The position numbers and the translations under genes were made by a program. Below, in pieces: positions 36,757 through 47,227 of a DNA stretch of 64,000 bases (position 1 is the stretch's first letter; each line of letters starts with the position of its first letter). The notes under the pieces are model-generated. The model searched no databases, was not told the origin of the DNA, and saw only the letters and a program-made list of their open reading frames with translations. This stretch comes from Candidatus Phosphitivorax anaerolimi. Its GTDB lineage: Bacteria; Desulfobacterota; Desulfomonilia; UBA1062. Location: the NCBI GenBank assembly GCA_001896555.1, contig MPOS01000028.1:7603-71602 (forward strand), written 5' to 3'.

Positions 36757-39700
36757 CTAGCCGCGTGCTGTTTTCAGGCGGGCATAGTACTGTTTCTTGG
36801 CATCGTACATCAGGGCATCGGCCTTCTTCATGACCATGTCCGGGGGTGTGTCGTCGGAGCAGGCCAGACCGACACTTATGTGAATAGGAATAACGGCGGG
36901 CTGCTCTCCGGGCTTGGACACGGAAATCTTAAGATGAGACGCCGCCTGGAGGATGCGGCCGTAGAGGATCTCGGCCTGGCTCAGGCTCGTAGAAGGCATG
37001 AGTACGGCGAACTCATCCCCGCCGAGCCGGGCTGCAACATCTGTCTGCCTGCATACAGACCTGAGCATCCTTCCGGTCAGGACTATGGCCTCGTCACCCT
37101 TTTCGTGGCCATAAGTATCGTTGATCTGCTTGAGCCCGTTGACGTCCACGATCATGATCGAGAAGTGCATGTTCCTATACCGCCTGGCGTGATCGATGAC
37201 CTTTTTCAGCTCCTGATTCAAAAAAGCGCGGTTGTACAGTCCCGTGAGCCCGTCTGTACTCGCCATGCGCTCGAGTTGGATCATGAGGAGCTTGTTCTGG
37301 GTCACGGCGGAAAGCTGTCCGAGAAATACCGCGAATATTTCCTTGGTCAGGCGGTCGAGCTCCTGGCCCTTGAATATCAGATACCCCATCATCTTGCTAT
37401 CCCGGCCCTCCATGGGGAACACGGTCCAGACATCGCCCGGCGAAGCCGGTATCCCTCTGGCGGCCAACGCTTGGTTGAGGGTATCCCCGAACTCGGACGT
37501 CATGATCTCCTCCCTCAACTCCAGGATCATCTTCTGCTCGGCCTCGCTGATACCGAGGAACGACATCGCCTCCAGGATGCCCCGTCTCCTGTTTTCCAGG
37601 ATGATGCCGCCCCGGAAGTCCGAGAACAGTGTGTGAAGCTGGCTGAGGATAAAGGAGAACAGCTCATCGAGGTTGTCCAGGTGATGAATCCGGGTGCTGG
37701 TCTCAAGCAGGGTGCGGAATATCTTGTTCTGCCTGCCGATAATATCACTGTTTTCCCTGAGCTCCTTGCCCTTGCGGACGGATTCGGCCAGGGCGCGGTT
37801 CAGCTCCCGGGTCCGAAGGTTCACCTTTTCCTCCAGCCCCTCGAGCAGCATCGCATTCTCGATGAGCGGCCCCAGCACCAGGGATATGTTCTGGAAAATT
37901 TCAAACTCGGTGCGCGAATAGGGCGAACCGTCGGCCTTTCTGCCGGGAAGCATGACACCCAGGAGCTCTCCCTTGTATATCACCGGGATGATCACCTCGC
38001 TGTCCTTGATAAGGCCCTCTCTGCCGTCGAAGGCATGGATGCTTGGATTCATCCGCACTAGGTTCTCCTGGGTGCACAGCGCCTGCTCGCGCTTGCATAT
38101 CTTGATGAGGGGGTGATCATCCCTGACATGCAGGCTCTTGCTTTCCACGTCCCTGGCCCCTGAGTCGGCGAAGAGCCCTGCGTCGTTCTGGGTGTTCCAT
38201 GTTTTCCAGCCAAAGAACACCTGCCTGCCCGAGAGATCGGGAAGCGAAAACAGCGATGCGAAGCTCGAGCTCTCGATGTTTTCAAAAAACCAGGCGTAGA
38301 GCATCTGATGGATCGTCTCCCGGTGGTGGATCCGGGAAAGCTTGCTGGTGAGCATGTAATAGCTGTCCTTGAGTGTGTCCTCCGACTTCGTCATGAACAG
38401 GTCGAGCACCGTGGTCCAGCCGCGCTTCACCGGCTGGAACAGGAAGACTACCAGGAGGATGCCCGTCAATGCCCGGGCCGTTTCCTGTCCTTCATGCAGG
38501 AAAAGGGCGGGTGAGAATCCCACCACGATCATGGCCAGTGCCAGGCCGAGCCAGAAGAAAACGATGCGGATATACTGAAGGGCCATCTTGAGGTTGAACT
38601 TGAAGAGCCCGTAGGCAAGGAAGAACAGCGCGATGAAAATAAAGGTACCGTAGGGATAAATCTCGTACCCGTAGATGGCCGGGTTGTTGGTGATGCTCAG
38701 GACGGCGATGATGATGAATGCGGTGAGCGTGTGCTTCACCCTTGTGCGCTGGCTTGTCCGGGGATCTTTGAATGCCCTGTAGAGCAGGAAGATGCCGTAG
38801 CAGATGCCTGCCCCCCACAGGGCGCTCATGAAGTCGTATGCTGCGGCCTTCTTGGCGAAAAATCCGAAGTAGTACGAGTGCATGCCGTCGAAATAGAGGT
38901 CGGTCTGGCTCAGAGGGGCCATGATCAGTCCGGCGAGGTACGCGGCATAGACAACCCACCACCCGTCTTTTTTGCCGATGACCAGATAGATCAGGTGGAT
39001 ATTCACCCCCAGCAGCAGAAGCGACAGGAAGAAATGGTCGATCCGCGAGATGATCAGGGCAAGCGTTGGATCGGTGACGATGCACTGCAGGAAGATGTCC
39101 AGGTTCAGTGCGGTATAGCAGAAACTGATGAGGCTGAAGAGCTGGCTCTCGGGCCGGTTTCTTTCCAGGCCCAGAACGAACAGAGAGAGAAACCCCGCAC
39201 CCAGAAACGAGAGCATTGGGGGAATCCCGTAGGGGATGATGCTGCTGGTGATATGTGAAACCGGGTAATCCTTGAGAACGTTTATCACACCCAGCGCGGT
39301 GGCCAGATAGAGAACGGAGAGGAGCAGTCTTAAGCCCTGTGAGATGGTCTGCCTTCTGGTCTGGACGCTCATGCTCCGGATGTCGCTGTAGAACAGGCCA
39401 TATCCTACGAGTATCAGGGAGATGAAGGCGAGGTTGTAAAAAGGATAGGAGCTCAGCCCGATGGTCGTTATCATGTTGCCCGTGAGGATAAGGACAGCGA
39501 ACGCGATTCCGGAGGCGATATAGGCCGTTGCCCTTCTCCGGATCGGGTTTCGCTCGTGCCGGTACGCGCTCACCAGCATGAAGATGCACCAGAACAGCAT
39601 GACCAAAGAGATCGTAATGAAGAGGAAATGCCCCAGGCCCACCAGCGCAAAGATCCCGGAAGGGAATAGGCTCACGCCTTGGCGTGACTCATAGAGCAAC

Positions 39701-40803
39701 AACGGGATGAGGAGCAGCCCAGGCACATAGGGCAACACAACATTCCCCTGCCCGGCCTTCCGGCAGGTGATCAGCACCAGGTGCGCGCAGATCCCCATGA
39801 GATTCACCAGGAAGATATCATTGATCAGGATGATCTGGCGCGAGAAATCCTCGGGCAGCCCGGTGATGATGAGGTCCCGGAGATTGACGACGCACACCAA
39901 GAGACAGATAACCACGTAGAGCAGGGCATCGACCCGGCCCGGCACCTTGCGCAGGGAAAACAGCACGCAGCCGGCCGTAGCCAGGAGGGAGACCGCGGTG
40001 ATCGTGGTGTGATGGAACCGCCAGGACAGGAAGTCGCCCACCTGCAGATCGTGAACCGATCCAAGAACAAAGATCAGATCGCAGATGAGCGGAAAGAGCA
40101 CAAAGCTGATGATGAAGGTATGCAGCAGGTTCTCCCGGGTGGGTGTGTTTTTCAGGTCGTCCCCCGGCCTGGCCGTCATGGCCGAAGATATGAGAACGAG
40201 CGGCACAAAGGCAAACCCGAAAAACCCCCACGAACCGCCCGAAAGCGCATCCAGACCCGGAAGCGCCATGAACAGGACGGATCCTGCCGCCATGAGCCCT
40301 CTGTTGAGCGTTCTTTCCCGGCCTGCGGCATGATCGGGAATGGAAAAAAGCCGCAGGTACACATACGCCGATCCGGCGGCTGACGAGGCAATGAAAAAAG
40401 GAGCCATCCGGATCTCCTCGTTCCCGTCGATCCAGAAGACGCCGATCATCAGAAACGAGAGGATATACGCGATCCACAGGGCGATGGTATTCCCCTTGGC
40501 GTCCAGATACCGGTGTATCAGGTGGAGCACCAGGGGGATGACGACGACCGGCAGGGGCCGGGTTATTTCAACGAGGAGCGCAGCGGTCCACGATCCCGGG
40601 AAAAGGGACAGCGAGAGGCAGGACAGGTTCCAGAAGAAACTCACCATACAACAGGCCGCCAGCAGCCTGAACTCCTTCTTCACCTCTGCGAACCGGGTGA
40701 TGAGGATAATCAGAGAGGCGCTGACCAGCAGGCTTGCCAGGAACGGCAGCATGAATGGGAAAAAATGAGAGAGATTCACGGTCAAATCCGTTTCTCCTCT
40801 CAA
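36757..40803 (-). CDS. Giant polytopic membrane sensor: about 26 TM helices, then a GAF-like domain and a GGDEF diguanylate cyclase
   Basis: 1348 aa. The C-terminus reads GLTGLYNRAFLNQEL ... RLGGDEFAVLMP (GGDEF with an RxxD-like site). A GAF-like region lies at about residues 1000-1150. The N-terminal 850 aa are almost entirely hydrophobic helices. Confidence 0.8.
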   Translation of the reverse strand: MRGETDLTVNLSHFFPFMLPFLASLLVSASLIILITRFAEVKKEFRLLAACCMVSFFWNLSCLSLSLFPGSWTAALLVEITRPLPVVVIPLVLHLIHRYLDAKGNTIALWIAYILSFLMIGVFWIDGNEEIRMAPFFIASSAAGSAYVYLRLFSIPDHAAGRERTLNRGLMAAGSVLFMALPGLDALSGGSWGFFGFAFVPLVLISSAMTARPGDDLKNTPTRENLLHTFIISFVLFPLICDLIFVLGSVHDLQVGDFLSWRFHHTTITAVSLLATAGCVLFSLRKVPGRVDALLYVVICLLVCVVNLRDLIITGLPEDFSRQIILINDIFLVNLMGICAHLVLITCRKAGQGNVVLPYVPGLLLIPLLLYESRQGVSLFPSGIFALVGLGHFLFITISLVMLFWCIFMLVSAYRHERNPIRRRATAYIASGIAFAVLILTGNMITTIGLSSYPFYNLAFISLILVGYGLFYSDIRSMSVQTRRQTISQGLRLLLSVLYLATALGVINVLKDYPVSHITSSIIPYGIPPMLSFLGAGFLSLFVLGLERNRPESQLFSLISFCYTALNLDIFLQCIVTDPTLALIISRIDHFFLSLLLLGVNIHLIYLVIGKKDGWWVVYAAYLAGLIMAPLSQTDLYFDGMHSYYFGFFAKKAAAYDFMSALWGAGICYGIFLLYRAFKDPRTSQRTRVKHTLTAFIIIAVLSITNNPAIYGYEIYPYGTFIFIALFFLAYGLFKFNLKMALQYIRIVFFWLGLALAMIVVGFSPALFLHEGQETARALTGILLVVFLFQPVKRGWTTVLDLFMTKSEDTLKDSYYMLTSKLSRIHHRETIHQMLYAWFFENIESSSFASLFSLPDLSGRQVFFGWKTWNTQNDAGLFADSGARDVESKSLHVRDDHPLIKICKREQALCTQENLVRMNPSIHAFDGREGLIKDSEVIIPVIYKGELLGVMLPGRKADGSPYSRTEFEIFQNISLVLGPLIENAMLLEGLEEKVNLRTRELNRALAESVRKGKELRENSDIIGRQNKIFRTLLETSTRIHHLDNLDELFSFILSQLHTLFSDFRGGIILENRRRGILEAMSFLGISEAEQKMILELREEIMTSEFGDTLNQALAARGIPASPGDVWTVFPMEGRDSKMMGYLIFKGQELDRLTKEIFAVFLGQLSAVTQNKLLMIQLERMASTDGLTGLYNRAFLNQELKKVIDHARRYRNMHFSIMIVDVNGLKQINDTYGHEKGDEAIVLTGRMLRSVCRQTDVAARLGGDEFAVLMPSTSLSQAEILYGRILQAASHLKISVSKPGEQPAVIPIHISVGLACSDDTPPDMVMKKADALMYDAKKQYYARLKTARG

Positions 40804-41026
40804 GCAAAGCTGTCAAATCCCGGATGTTTGGATGCGCATACAACCATAGACCTTCTATCGGAAAGTCATGCTGATAGATTGAGACGTAAGCGGGCATTTT
40901 TTCATCAGAACCGCTCGTATACCGGCCGGTCCTTTCTACCCGCTTTCGCGCCCGGCGCGCTGAAATCAAAGCCTAAGATGAGGGCTCGAACTGTCTCCCC
41001 GCTTAGGCCCGGACGGGAGAGCAGAT

Positions 41027-42493
41027 TCAGTAATACTCCAGCAGTCCCGACCTGATGCGCTCGGCCTGGAGGATCGTCTTCCACCGCTCCTCTGCCGCGG
41101 AAGTCCGCCCGATCCCGGGGAAGAGACGGAACAGGCCGTCGAGGTCTTCGGGAAATGCCGCGTTTGCAGCGGTTAGCACCCTGAAGGCTGCAGCCTCTTC
41201 AGGGCTCAGCTCGATCTCGGGCGTGGCGGGGGATCTCTCCAGGACCACGGTTTTCCCCGAGTCCAGCCGTATCTCCTTAAATGCGTTCCGGTAAGTCACG
41301 GCGGGGTGGATCGAGGGAAGGTGGTACGATACCCGCAGATCCCTGCATACCCCGTCCATCAGGTCCATGACCGTCCGGCTGAAGAACAGGCGGTCCTGCT
41401 TTTTCAGAAAGGATGCCCCATCGCACTTCCCGGCTGCGCAGGCCTCCTGGATCCGCTGCAGCAGGTCAGGGTCCGCCGCCTGCGACATGCTCCGGATCAT
41501 CCCGGTGTCGGTGACGTCCTCATGATTTTTTTTCAGGTGCCGGGCCCAGCTGCGGCGGAACGCCCGTGTCTGGAAGCGGTGCCGGTAGATCAGCGAGCAG
41601 TAGTTCACGCCCAGGTCGATACCCTGATTCGCGGCGCACACAAGCAGCTTCAATGCCGTGATCTCGGACTCCGCCACCCCGGTGAAGGGGCCGTGGACAA
41701 AGGTATAGCCTCGGGAGGCGAGCCTGGAATGGTTGAAGGCCGTGCACCTGATCTGGTGGAGGTTGAGAAAATCAACCCCCCGGTCCCTCATCTCGGGGAT
41801 CAGGCGGATGAGCAGATCCAATCGCTCCGGCACGGCCGGGATCTCGATCGTGACATGGGGGATGACGCCCACGGCTCGCTGCACGTGCTCCAGGGAGAAG
41901 CCCGCGGCCCCGATGTTGTAGCGGATCTCGTCGAGCCCGGTGTCTCTGAGCTGTGCGAGCATATCCGGGGTCGCGAGGATGCCGTTGGTATAGAGCCAGA
42001 GATAGATCCTCTCCTGAAAGCGCCTCTTGATCTCCCTGGCAAAGGCAAGCGTCCTGTCGAAGGTGAGGAAGGGCTCTCCCCCGCTGATGCTCGCACCCTT
42101 GAACCCGAAGTATTCCAGATAGTCGGCATAGTCTTCCGGGTGCCTGAAGGTCAGGGTGTTGGTGCCGGGCTCGTCGACGGCCTGCTGCTCGGACGGGCAG
42201 TAGAAGCACCGGGCGTTACAGATGTTGTTGATGAAGAGGCACGACCACGACCCTTCTCCACAGAGCCTGCAGCCAGGAGACAGCCTGCGGATATAGGGCT
42301 TGGTGCCGTTGAACGCGAAAAGGGCCTGCGGGGAAAGGGCATCGAGCAGCTCCCGGCGCTCGTGCTCGAACCGCAGGGCATCGGCGGGTGTGATCCACCG
42401 GAGCCGGTCGTAGAAGCACGCGCAATCCCGCCTGGTTTTTTCGACCAGCCCCTGATGATCAAACTCGGTCAGCTGCACAGGGATTTGCCCCAT
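41027..42493 (-). CDS. Radical SAM domain protein of unknown function
   Basis: 488 aa. CNARCFYC (Cx3Cx2C) preceded by CRLCGEGSWSC. No SPASM-type Cys cluster is obvious at the C-terminus. Confidence 0.7.
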   Translation of the reverse strand: MGQIPVQLTEFDHQGLVEKTRRDCACFYDRLRWITPADALRFEHERRELLDALSPQALFAFNGTKPYIRRLSPGCRLCGEGSWSCLFINNICNARCFYCPSEQQAVDEPGTNTLTFRHPEDYADYLEYFGFKGASISGGEPFLTFDRTLAFAREIKRRFQERIYLWLYTNGILATPDMLAQLRDTGLDEIRYNIGAAGFSLEHVQRAVGVIPHVTIEIPAVPERLDLLIRLIPEMRDRGVDFLNLHQIRCTAFNHSRLASRGYTFVHGPFTGVAESEITALKLLVCAANQGIDLGVNYCSLIYRHRFQTRAFRRSWARHLKKNHEDVTDTGMIRSMSQAADPDLLQRIQEACAAGKCDGASFLKKQDRLFFSRTVMDLMDGVCRDLRVSYHLPSIHPAVTYRNAFKEIRLDSGKTVVLERSPATPEIELSPEEAAAFRVLTAANAAFPEDLDGLFRLFPGIGRTSAAEERWKTILQAERIRSGLLEYY

Positions 42494-42749
42494 CTTCTGT
42501 CTCTTCCTGCACGGCCTGCTGTCTGCGCGTTCATCGTGCCCGGCGTGCCGGGAGAAGATCCTTGCACGTTCCCGCTCCGAGCCCTACACTTTACCGTCCG
42601 TCCGGAAAAGGCCGGAAACGGGAAAGGATCGCCGATAATACGCGCTTTCCTGAGGCAATGGTTATATGCGTGAAAAACTCGACACAAGTCAATGGAAAAC
42701 AAGGGGTGAGGCCCCATGTGGGCTTTGTCCTTTGGGGTACCTGCCCTGC

Positions 42750-43016
42750 CTACAGGACCAGCAGGATCTCCTCATGGGCGCCCAGTGCATCGGACAGGCC
42801 GCGGCGGTCTTCGTCGCTCATCACGCGAAGCTCCAGGTTCATGCAGTGGTACCGGTTGTTCCTGCTGCTTCGGGAAGGCTTCAGTGTATAGTGTCGGCCG
42901 GCTGCTATGAGGGCGACCGCGCCGCGGATGGCGTCCTGACTCTTCCCGAAGAGCTTGTAGACCCAGGTACAGGGATATTCGATCCGAGGACTTTTCGTGT
43001 AGAGAAAATATGCCAT
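42750..43016 (-). CDS. DUF493 (YbeD/UPF0250) family protein
   Basis: Start at MAYFLYTKSPRIEYPCTWVYKLFG, which matches the YbeD FPCxFTFKVMG signature. 88 aa. Confidence 0.65.
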   Translation of the reverse strand: MAYFLYTKSPRIEYPCTWVYKLFGKSQDAIRGAVALIAAGRHYTLKPSRSSRNNRYHCMNLELRVMSDEDRRGLSDALGAHEEILLVL

Positions 43017-43198
43017 GCAACTTTTGATATCCCCACTTCGCCCTGAATGCAACGATAAAAGCCCGGAGTCCGGGAAAAAAGGTTCACCCGGCAAGACATC
43101 TTCTGCACTATCGCAAGCACGCCTCGTATCCTTAAAAAGGAACTTCCTTGATAAGAATATCGAACCGGGATATATTCATGCATTATAGGAGGGTTATC

Positions 43199-44272
43199 AT
43201 GAAGGTGCTGGCACTGAACGGGAGTCCGAGGAGCGAGGGGATGAGCAAGTCCAAGATCATGCTCAACGCCCTAGTGGAAGGCATGCGGGGGGCAGGGGCC
43301 GAAGTGGACGTGGTGGATCTGCGGGAGAAAAAGGTCCGGACATGCAGAGGCTGCATGCGCTGCTGGACCACCTCTCCGGGAGTATGCGCCATCAAGGACG
43401 ACATGACCGCAGAGCTCTTCCCCAAGTGGCTAGAGGCCGACCTGGCCGTCTATTCCTTTCCGCTGTACCACTTCACCATCAACGCAGACATGAAAGCCTT
43501 TATCGAGCGTACCCTGCCCGTACTCCAGCCGTTTTTCATCTCCGTGGGAAAGGAGACCCTGCATCCGCTGCGCTACCGGCATCCCCGGGTTGCCTTTCTC
43601 TCTGTGGCGGGCTTTCCCGAACACTCGGTCTTCGACCAGCTCTCGTCCTGGGTCAGGTTCCTGTACGGCCGCTTCGGGATACTTACAGCCGAGATCTACC
43701 GGCCCATGGCCGAGGGGCTGACCGTCCCCTCGCTGAGGCACAAGGCGTCCGAGGTCCTGGATGCGACCCGCCGGGCGGGCGGTGAGATCGTAGAGCAGGG
43801 CTCGGTCTCGGAGGAGACTCTCGCGAGGATCACCCAGGACATGCACGACGATCCCCGGCTCTTTCTCAAAGCGGGCGACCTGATGTGGAAAACCTGTATC
43901 CGCGAGGGGGTGACGGTGCGCGGGTTTTCCGAGAAGGGCCTCGTGCCCAGACCTGATGATCCAGGCGAATTCATGACGCTCATGCAGGTGGCCTTCATGC
44001 CCGAGGCCGCCCGGAACATGAGCGCGGTCATTCAGTTCGACTTCAGCGGCAGGCACGAGAGCTCGTGCTCTTTTGTCATAGACAACGGCACGATCCGGGC
44101 GGCTGAGGGCGCGGCGGAATCTCCGGGCCTCACCATCCGGAGCGATTTCGACCTGTGGATGGACATCCTGTGCAAAAGGGCCGACGGCCAGCAGATGTTT
44201 CTGGAGAACAAGTATACGGCCCTGGGGGATCTCGATCTCTTGATGCGTATGAAAGAGCTCTTTGCGGGATAA
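43199..44272 (+). CDS. Flavodoxin-like (NADPH-dependent FMN reductase / iron-sulfur flavoprotein-like) domain fused to a C-terminal SCP2 sterol-carrier-like domain
   Basis: Start at MKVLALNGSPRSEGMSKS (AGGAGG RBS). CRGCMRCW Cys cluster. The C-terminal 110 aa (VIQFDFSG ... FVIDNGTIRAAEG ... LENKYTALGDLDLLMRMKELF) resemble SCP2. Confidence 0.6.
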   Translation: MKVLALNGSPRSEGMSKSKIMLNALVEGMRGAGAEVDVVDLREKKVRTCRGCMRCWTTSPGVCAIKDDMTAELFPKWLEADLAVYSFPLYHFTINADMKAFIERTLPVLQPFFISVGKETLHPLRYRHPRVAFLSVAGFPEHSVFDQLSSWVRFLYGRFGILTAEIYRPMAEGLTVPSLRHKASEVLDATRRAGGEIVEQGSVSEETLARITQDMHDDPRLFLKAGDLMWKTCIREGVTVRGFSEKGLVPRPDDPGEFMTLMQVAFMPEAARNMSAVIQFDFSGRHESSCSFVIDNGTIRAAEGAAESPGLTIRSDFDLWMDILCKRADGQQMFLENKYTALGDLDLLMRMKELFAG

Positions 44273-44607
44273 TCCGGCCTCTCAAGTCCCACGAGCCAGT
44301 ACCGGTCCCGGGACCTCTCCAGGCCACGAGGGCCGTGGCATGTTCGTTGCAGTTTCATCATGACGAACGATTCCCATGGCAGAGATCATAGAGGAAAAGA
44401 CCGCTCCCGGCAGAGATCACGACAGGCACAGGGCGGCACGGATTCCCCTTCACATCAACGGCCCTATCGGCCTCCCCCTGGCCTTGGCATGCGGCACGGC
44501 CAGGTGAATGCCGCGCCCGGTTCCGGCCCGGCGCATCTCTACACCGATCCTGTGGGGCAAGACCGTCCTTTTCCGCAGTACGCCCAGCTGGGAAAGGTGA
44601 GGTAGAG

Positions 44608-45474
44608 ATGAGTGAGAAAAAGAAAGAGCAGACATTCCCCCCGCAGCACCAGGACCGGCATCCCGGCCTCCGCACGGAAACCACCCCCAGACCGGAGACG
44701 GAAAAAGAGGGGTATCGCCCGGCGGGCAAACTCTCGGGAAGGGTCGCTCTGATTACCGGAGGAGACAGCGGGATCGGGCGGGCGGTCGCCGTCCTTTTCG
44801 CCAGGGAGGGCGCCGACGTGAGCATCGTCTATCTGAACGAGCACGAGGATGCACAGAGTACCCGCTTAGAGGTGGAGAAATACGGGCGCCTCTGCCTGCT
44901 GACAGCCGGAGATGTGGGCGACGAGGACTTCTGCCGTGAGGCGATCCAGAAAACCGCCGAGCGCTTCGGCCGGATCGACATACTGGTGAACAACGCATCC
45001 GAGCAGCACATCCACCGGGATCTTACCGACATCAGTGCAGATGAATGGCTCCGCACCTTCAAGTCGAACATCTTCGGGATGTTCTACATGGCCAAACACG
45101 CCCTGAACTATCTGAAGAACGGAGGAACGATCATCAACACCACCTCGGTGGTCGCCTACACCGGGCATCCGACCCTGATCGACTATGCATCCACCAAGGG
45201 TGCGATCGTGGCCTTCACCAGATCTCTGGCCATCAACCTGGCAGACAAGGGTATCCGGGTGAACGCCGTGGCCCCCGGGCCGATATGGACCCCGATCGTC
45301 CCCTCGTCATTCAGTGAAGAGCATGTGGCCTCTTTCGGGCTCAACACCCCCATGGGCCGGGCGGGTCAGCCGAGCGAGGTGGCCCCCTGCTATGTATTCC
45401 TGGCATCGGATGATGCATCCTATATGACCGGACAGGTCCTGCATCCCAACGGCGGGAGGATCGTGAACGGGTAG
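44608..45474 (+). CDS. SDR family oxidoreductase (YghA / general-stress-protein-39-like)
   Basis: 288 aa. ALITGGDSGIGRAVA, NNAS, YASTKGA (YxxxK), PGPIWTP. Confidence 0.85.
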   Translation: MSEKKKEQTFPPQHQDRHPGLRTETTPRPETEKEGYRPAGKLSGRVALITGGDSGIGRAVAVLFAREGADVSIVYLNEHEDAQSTRLEVEKYGRLCLLTAGDVGDEDFCREAIQKTAERFGRIDILVNNASEQHIHRDLTDISADEWLRTFKSNIFGMFYMAKHALNYLKNGGTIINTTSVVAYTGHPTLIDYASTKGAIVAFTRSLAINLADKGIRVNAVAPGPIWTPIVPSSFSEEHVASFGLNTPMGRAGQPSEVAPCYVFLASDDASYMTGQVLHPNGGRIVNG

Positions 45475-45531
45475 GATAATCCCCTATTTTTAAGGGGTTC
45501 CAGCCTTAGAAGCTGAAAAAGGAGTGTCGTC

Positions 45532-45957
45532 ATGACCACTACAGGAATCGACGGATTCGAAAGGACCATCCACCAGACCAATGAATGGATAAGGGACATC
45601 ATGGAGGAAATGGGCACACAAGACCGCAACGAGGCATATCTCGCCCTGAACTCCACCCTGCACGCCCTGCGCGACAGGCTCGTGGTTGACGAGGCCGTAG
45701 ATCTGGGCGCCCAGCTTCCCATGCTTATCAGAGGCCTGTACTATGAAGGGTACGACCCCTCGGACAAGCCTGCCAAGGCGCGCCACAAAGATGAATTCTT
45801 CGCGCTCATGAAGAGAGACCTTGCCCGGACACCGGGAGTTGACCCCGAGCGGGCGGCGCGCAGCGTCTTTGCCGTCCTGAAAAAGAGGATCTCCAAAGGG
45901 CAGATTGAAGACGTGAAGAGCATGCTGCCGGGTGATATCAGGGAAATCTGGCACTGA
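45532..45957 (+). CDS. DUF2267 domain protein
   Basis: 141 aa. FERTIHQTNEWIRDIMEEMG ... ALRDRL ... LGAQLPMLIRGLYYEGYDP matches the DUF2267 consensus. Confidence 0.75.
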   Translation: MTTTGIDGFERTIHQTNEWIRDIMEEMGTQDRNEAYLALNSTLHALRDRLVVDEAVDLGAQLPMLIRGLYYEGYDPSDKPAKARHKDEFFALMKRDLARTPGVDPERAARSVFAVLKKRISKGQIEDVKSMLPGDIREIWH

Positions 45958-46019
45958 AACATCCATCGGCCTATCGTGAGTTCAACCGGAGGAAAAGCCG
46001 GAGGTGCCGGAAGATCTCG

Positions 46020-46685
46020 TCACTGAAACATATTCACGATCCTGCCCGCGAATGCAGTCCCGCTTAAGAGATCCGAAATCCCGACCACAAGGACCGCAAT
46101 CAGGCTCAGCAACACCGGACTCAAGCCGGTCAGGCCGAGGATGCCCAGGGTCACGGCCCCGACCCCGATGAGCACCTGCACGCCGGCGGCCGCCGATATG
46201 GCCTGCCTGGCTATTTCCCTGGCGATCTTCCTCGACTCGATCCTCTCCACCAGGAGCATGTTCATCCGTGCGGCGATACCGCTCCCCAGGATCAAGGCGC
46301 CGCCCAGCACGACGGCCGCGGCAGGCAACAGGATGAGGGGATAGATATTCAGGAGTGAGAGTATCCCTAAGACAATGCCTGTCACGCCTCCGATGAACTC
46401 CGCCGTCATGCCGCCGCCCAGCTCCGAGCTTTCGATCCGGCCTGCAGAGGCATCGTGGACCAGCGCGGAAAACCTGCCGGCAATGGCCCCTCCCTGCAGC
46501 ATGAGGGCGGAGCCTGCCGTGATCGTTGCCACGCAGAGGAGGATCTGCGGGAATACCCCGGTGAGCGCAATCACCGCAATAGTGGCGGCACTCGCCCCCA
46601 CCACACCTTCTGCGACCGATCCCACGGCGATCTTCTGCGCGGCGCGTGATTCGCGGGGCTCAGTCATCTCTGTTTCATCCGCCAT
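46020..46685 (-). CDS. Gly/Ala-rich integral membrane protein, function unknown
   Basis: Start at MADETEMTEP. About six Gly/Ala/Ile-rich TM helices. No motif. Confidence 0.5.
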   Translation of the reverse strand: MADETEMTEPRESRAAQKIAVGSVAEGVVGASAATIAVIALTGVFPQILLCVATITAGSALMLQGGAIAGRFSALVHDASAGRIESSELGGGMTAEFIGGVTGIVLGILSLLNIYPLILLPAAAVVLGGALILGSGIAARMNMLLVERIESRKIAREIARQAISAAAGVQVLIGVGAVTLGILGLTGLSPVLLSLIAVLVVGISDLLSGTAFAGRIVNMFQ

Positions 46686-47227
46686 ACCGGTCCGCCTCTC
46701 TTCCTTAAGTGTTCTTCCCTTTGAGCCGCCTTGTAAGGATATCAGCCCCCTACGCCCTCCGGTGTTCTCTACAAAAGGCCCGGGGAAAAGCGGGCGTTCA
46801 AGGGGTCTTTTTATCATTATGGCATGGCCCTTTAAGGCACACGCCCTTCAATCCTGCTTCAAGTCTTAAAAAAAAGCAGGGGGATGTGAACCCGCCTTCA
46901 AAGTCATTCAAGAAGACCAGGGAGGGGGATCCAAGCCTCTGTGCAGGGCTGGGCAGCGGTGTTCGCATGAACAGAGGTATGACCTCACGAGGAACCGTAT
47001 CCATATGGGCTATGGGGCCGTTTCCGGCCTGTCCGCTCCGATTTATTGCCTTTTTTAAATCCGTATGAGAGTGGTGAGGCCACGAATATGAGATCGAGCC
47101 TGTCCTGTGCAGAAACCGTCCTTTCCCTCCCCTGCCGATGGGAAAATCCTCTCGTGTCCTTGTCTCTTGATATATAGGTAGCTTTACACCGCCCGATCTC
47201 AACCGCGCGCCGGTTATCGGGCCAGAG

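Noticed and set aside
40940-41000. tRNA-like fragment (GTTCGAGCC flanked by the CCTAAG...CTTAGG stem) between the radical SAM and GGDEF genes
   Set aside because: Only a T-loop-like heptamer plus one stem. There is no D-arm or anticodon arm and no CCA-compatible acceptor stem. It is probably chance, or at best a degraded remnant.
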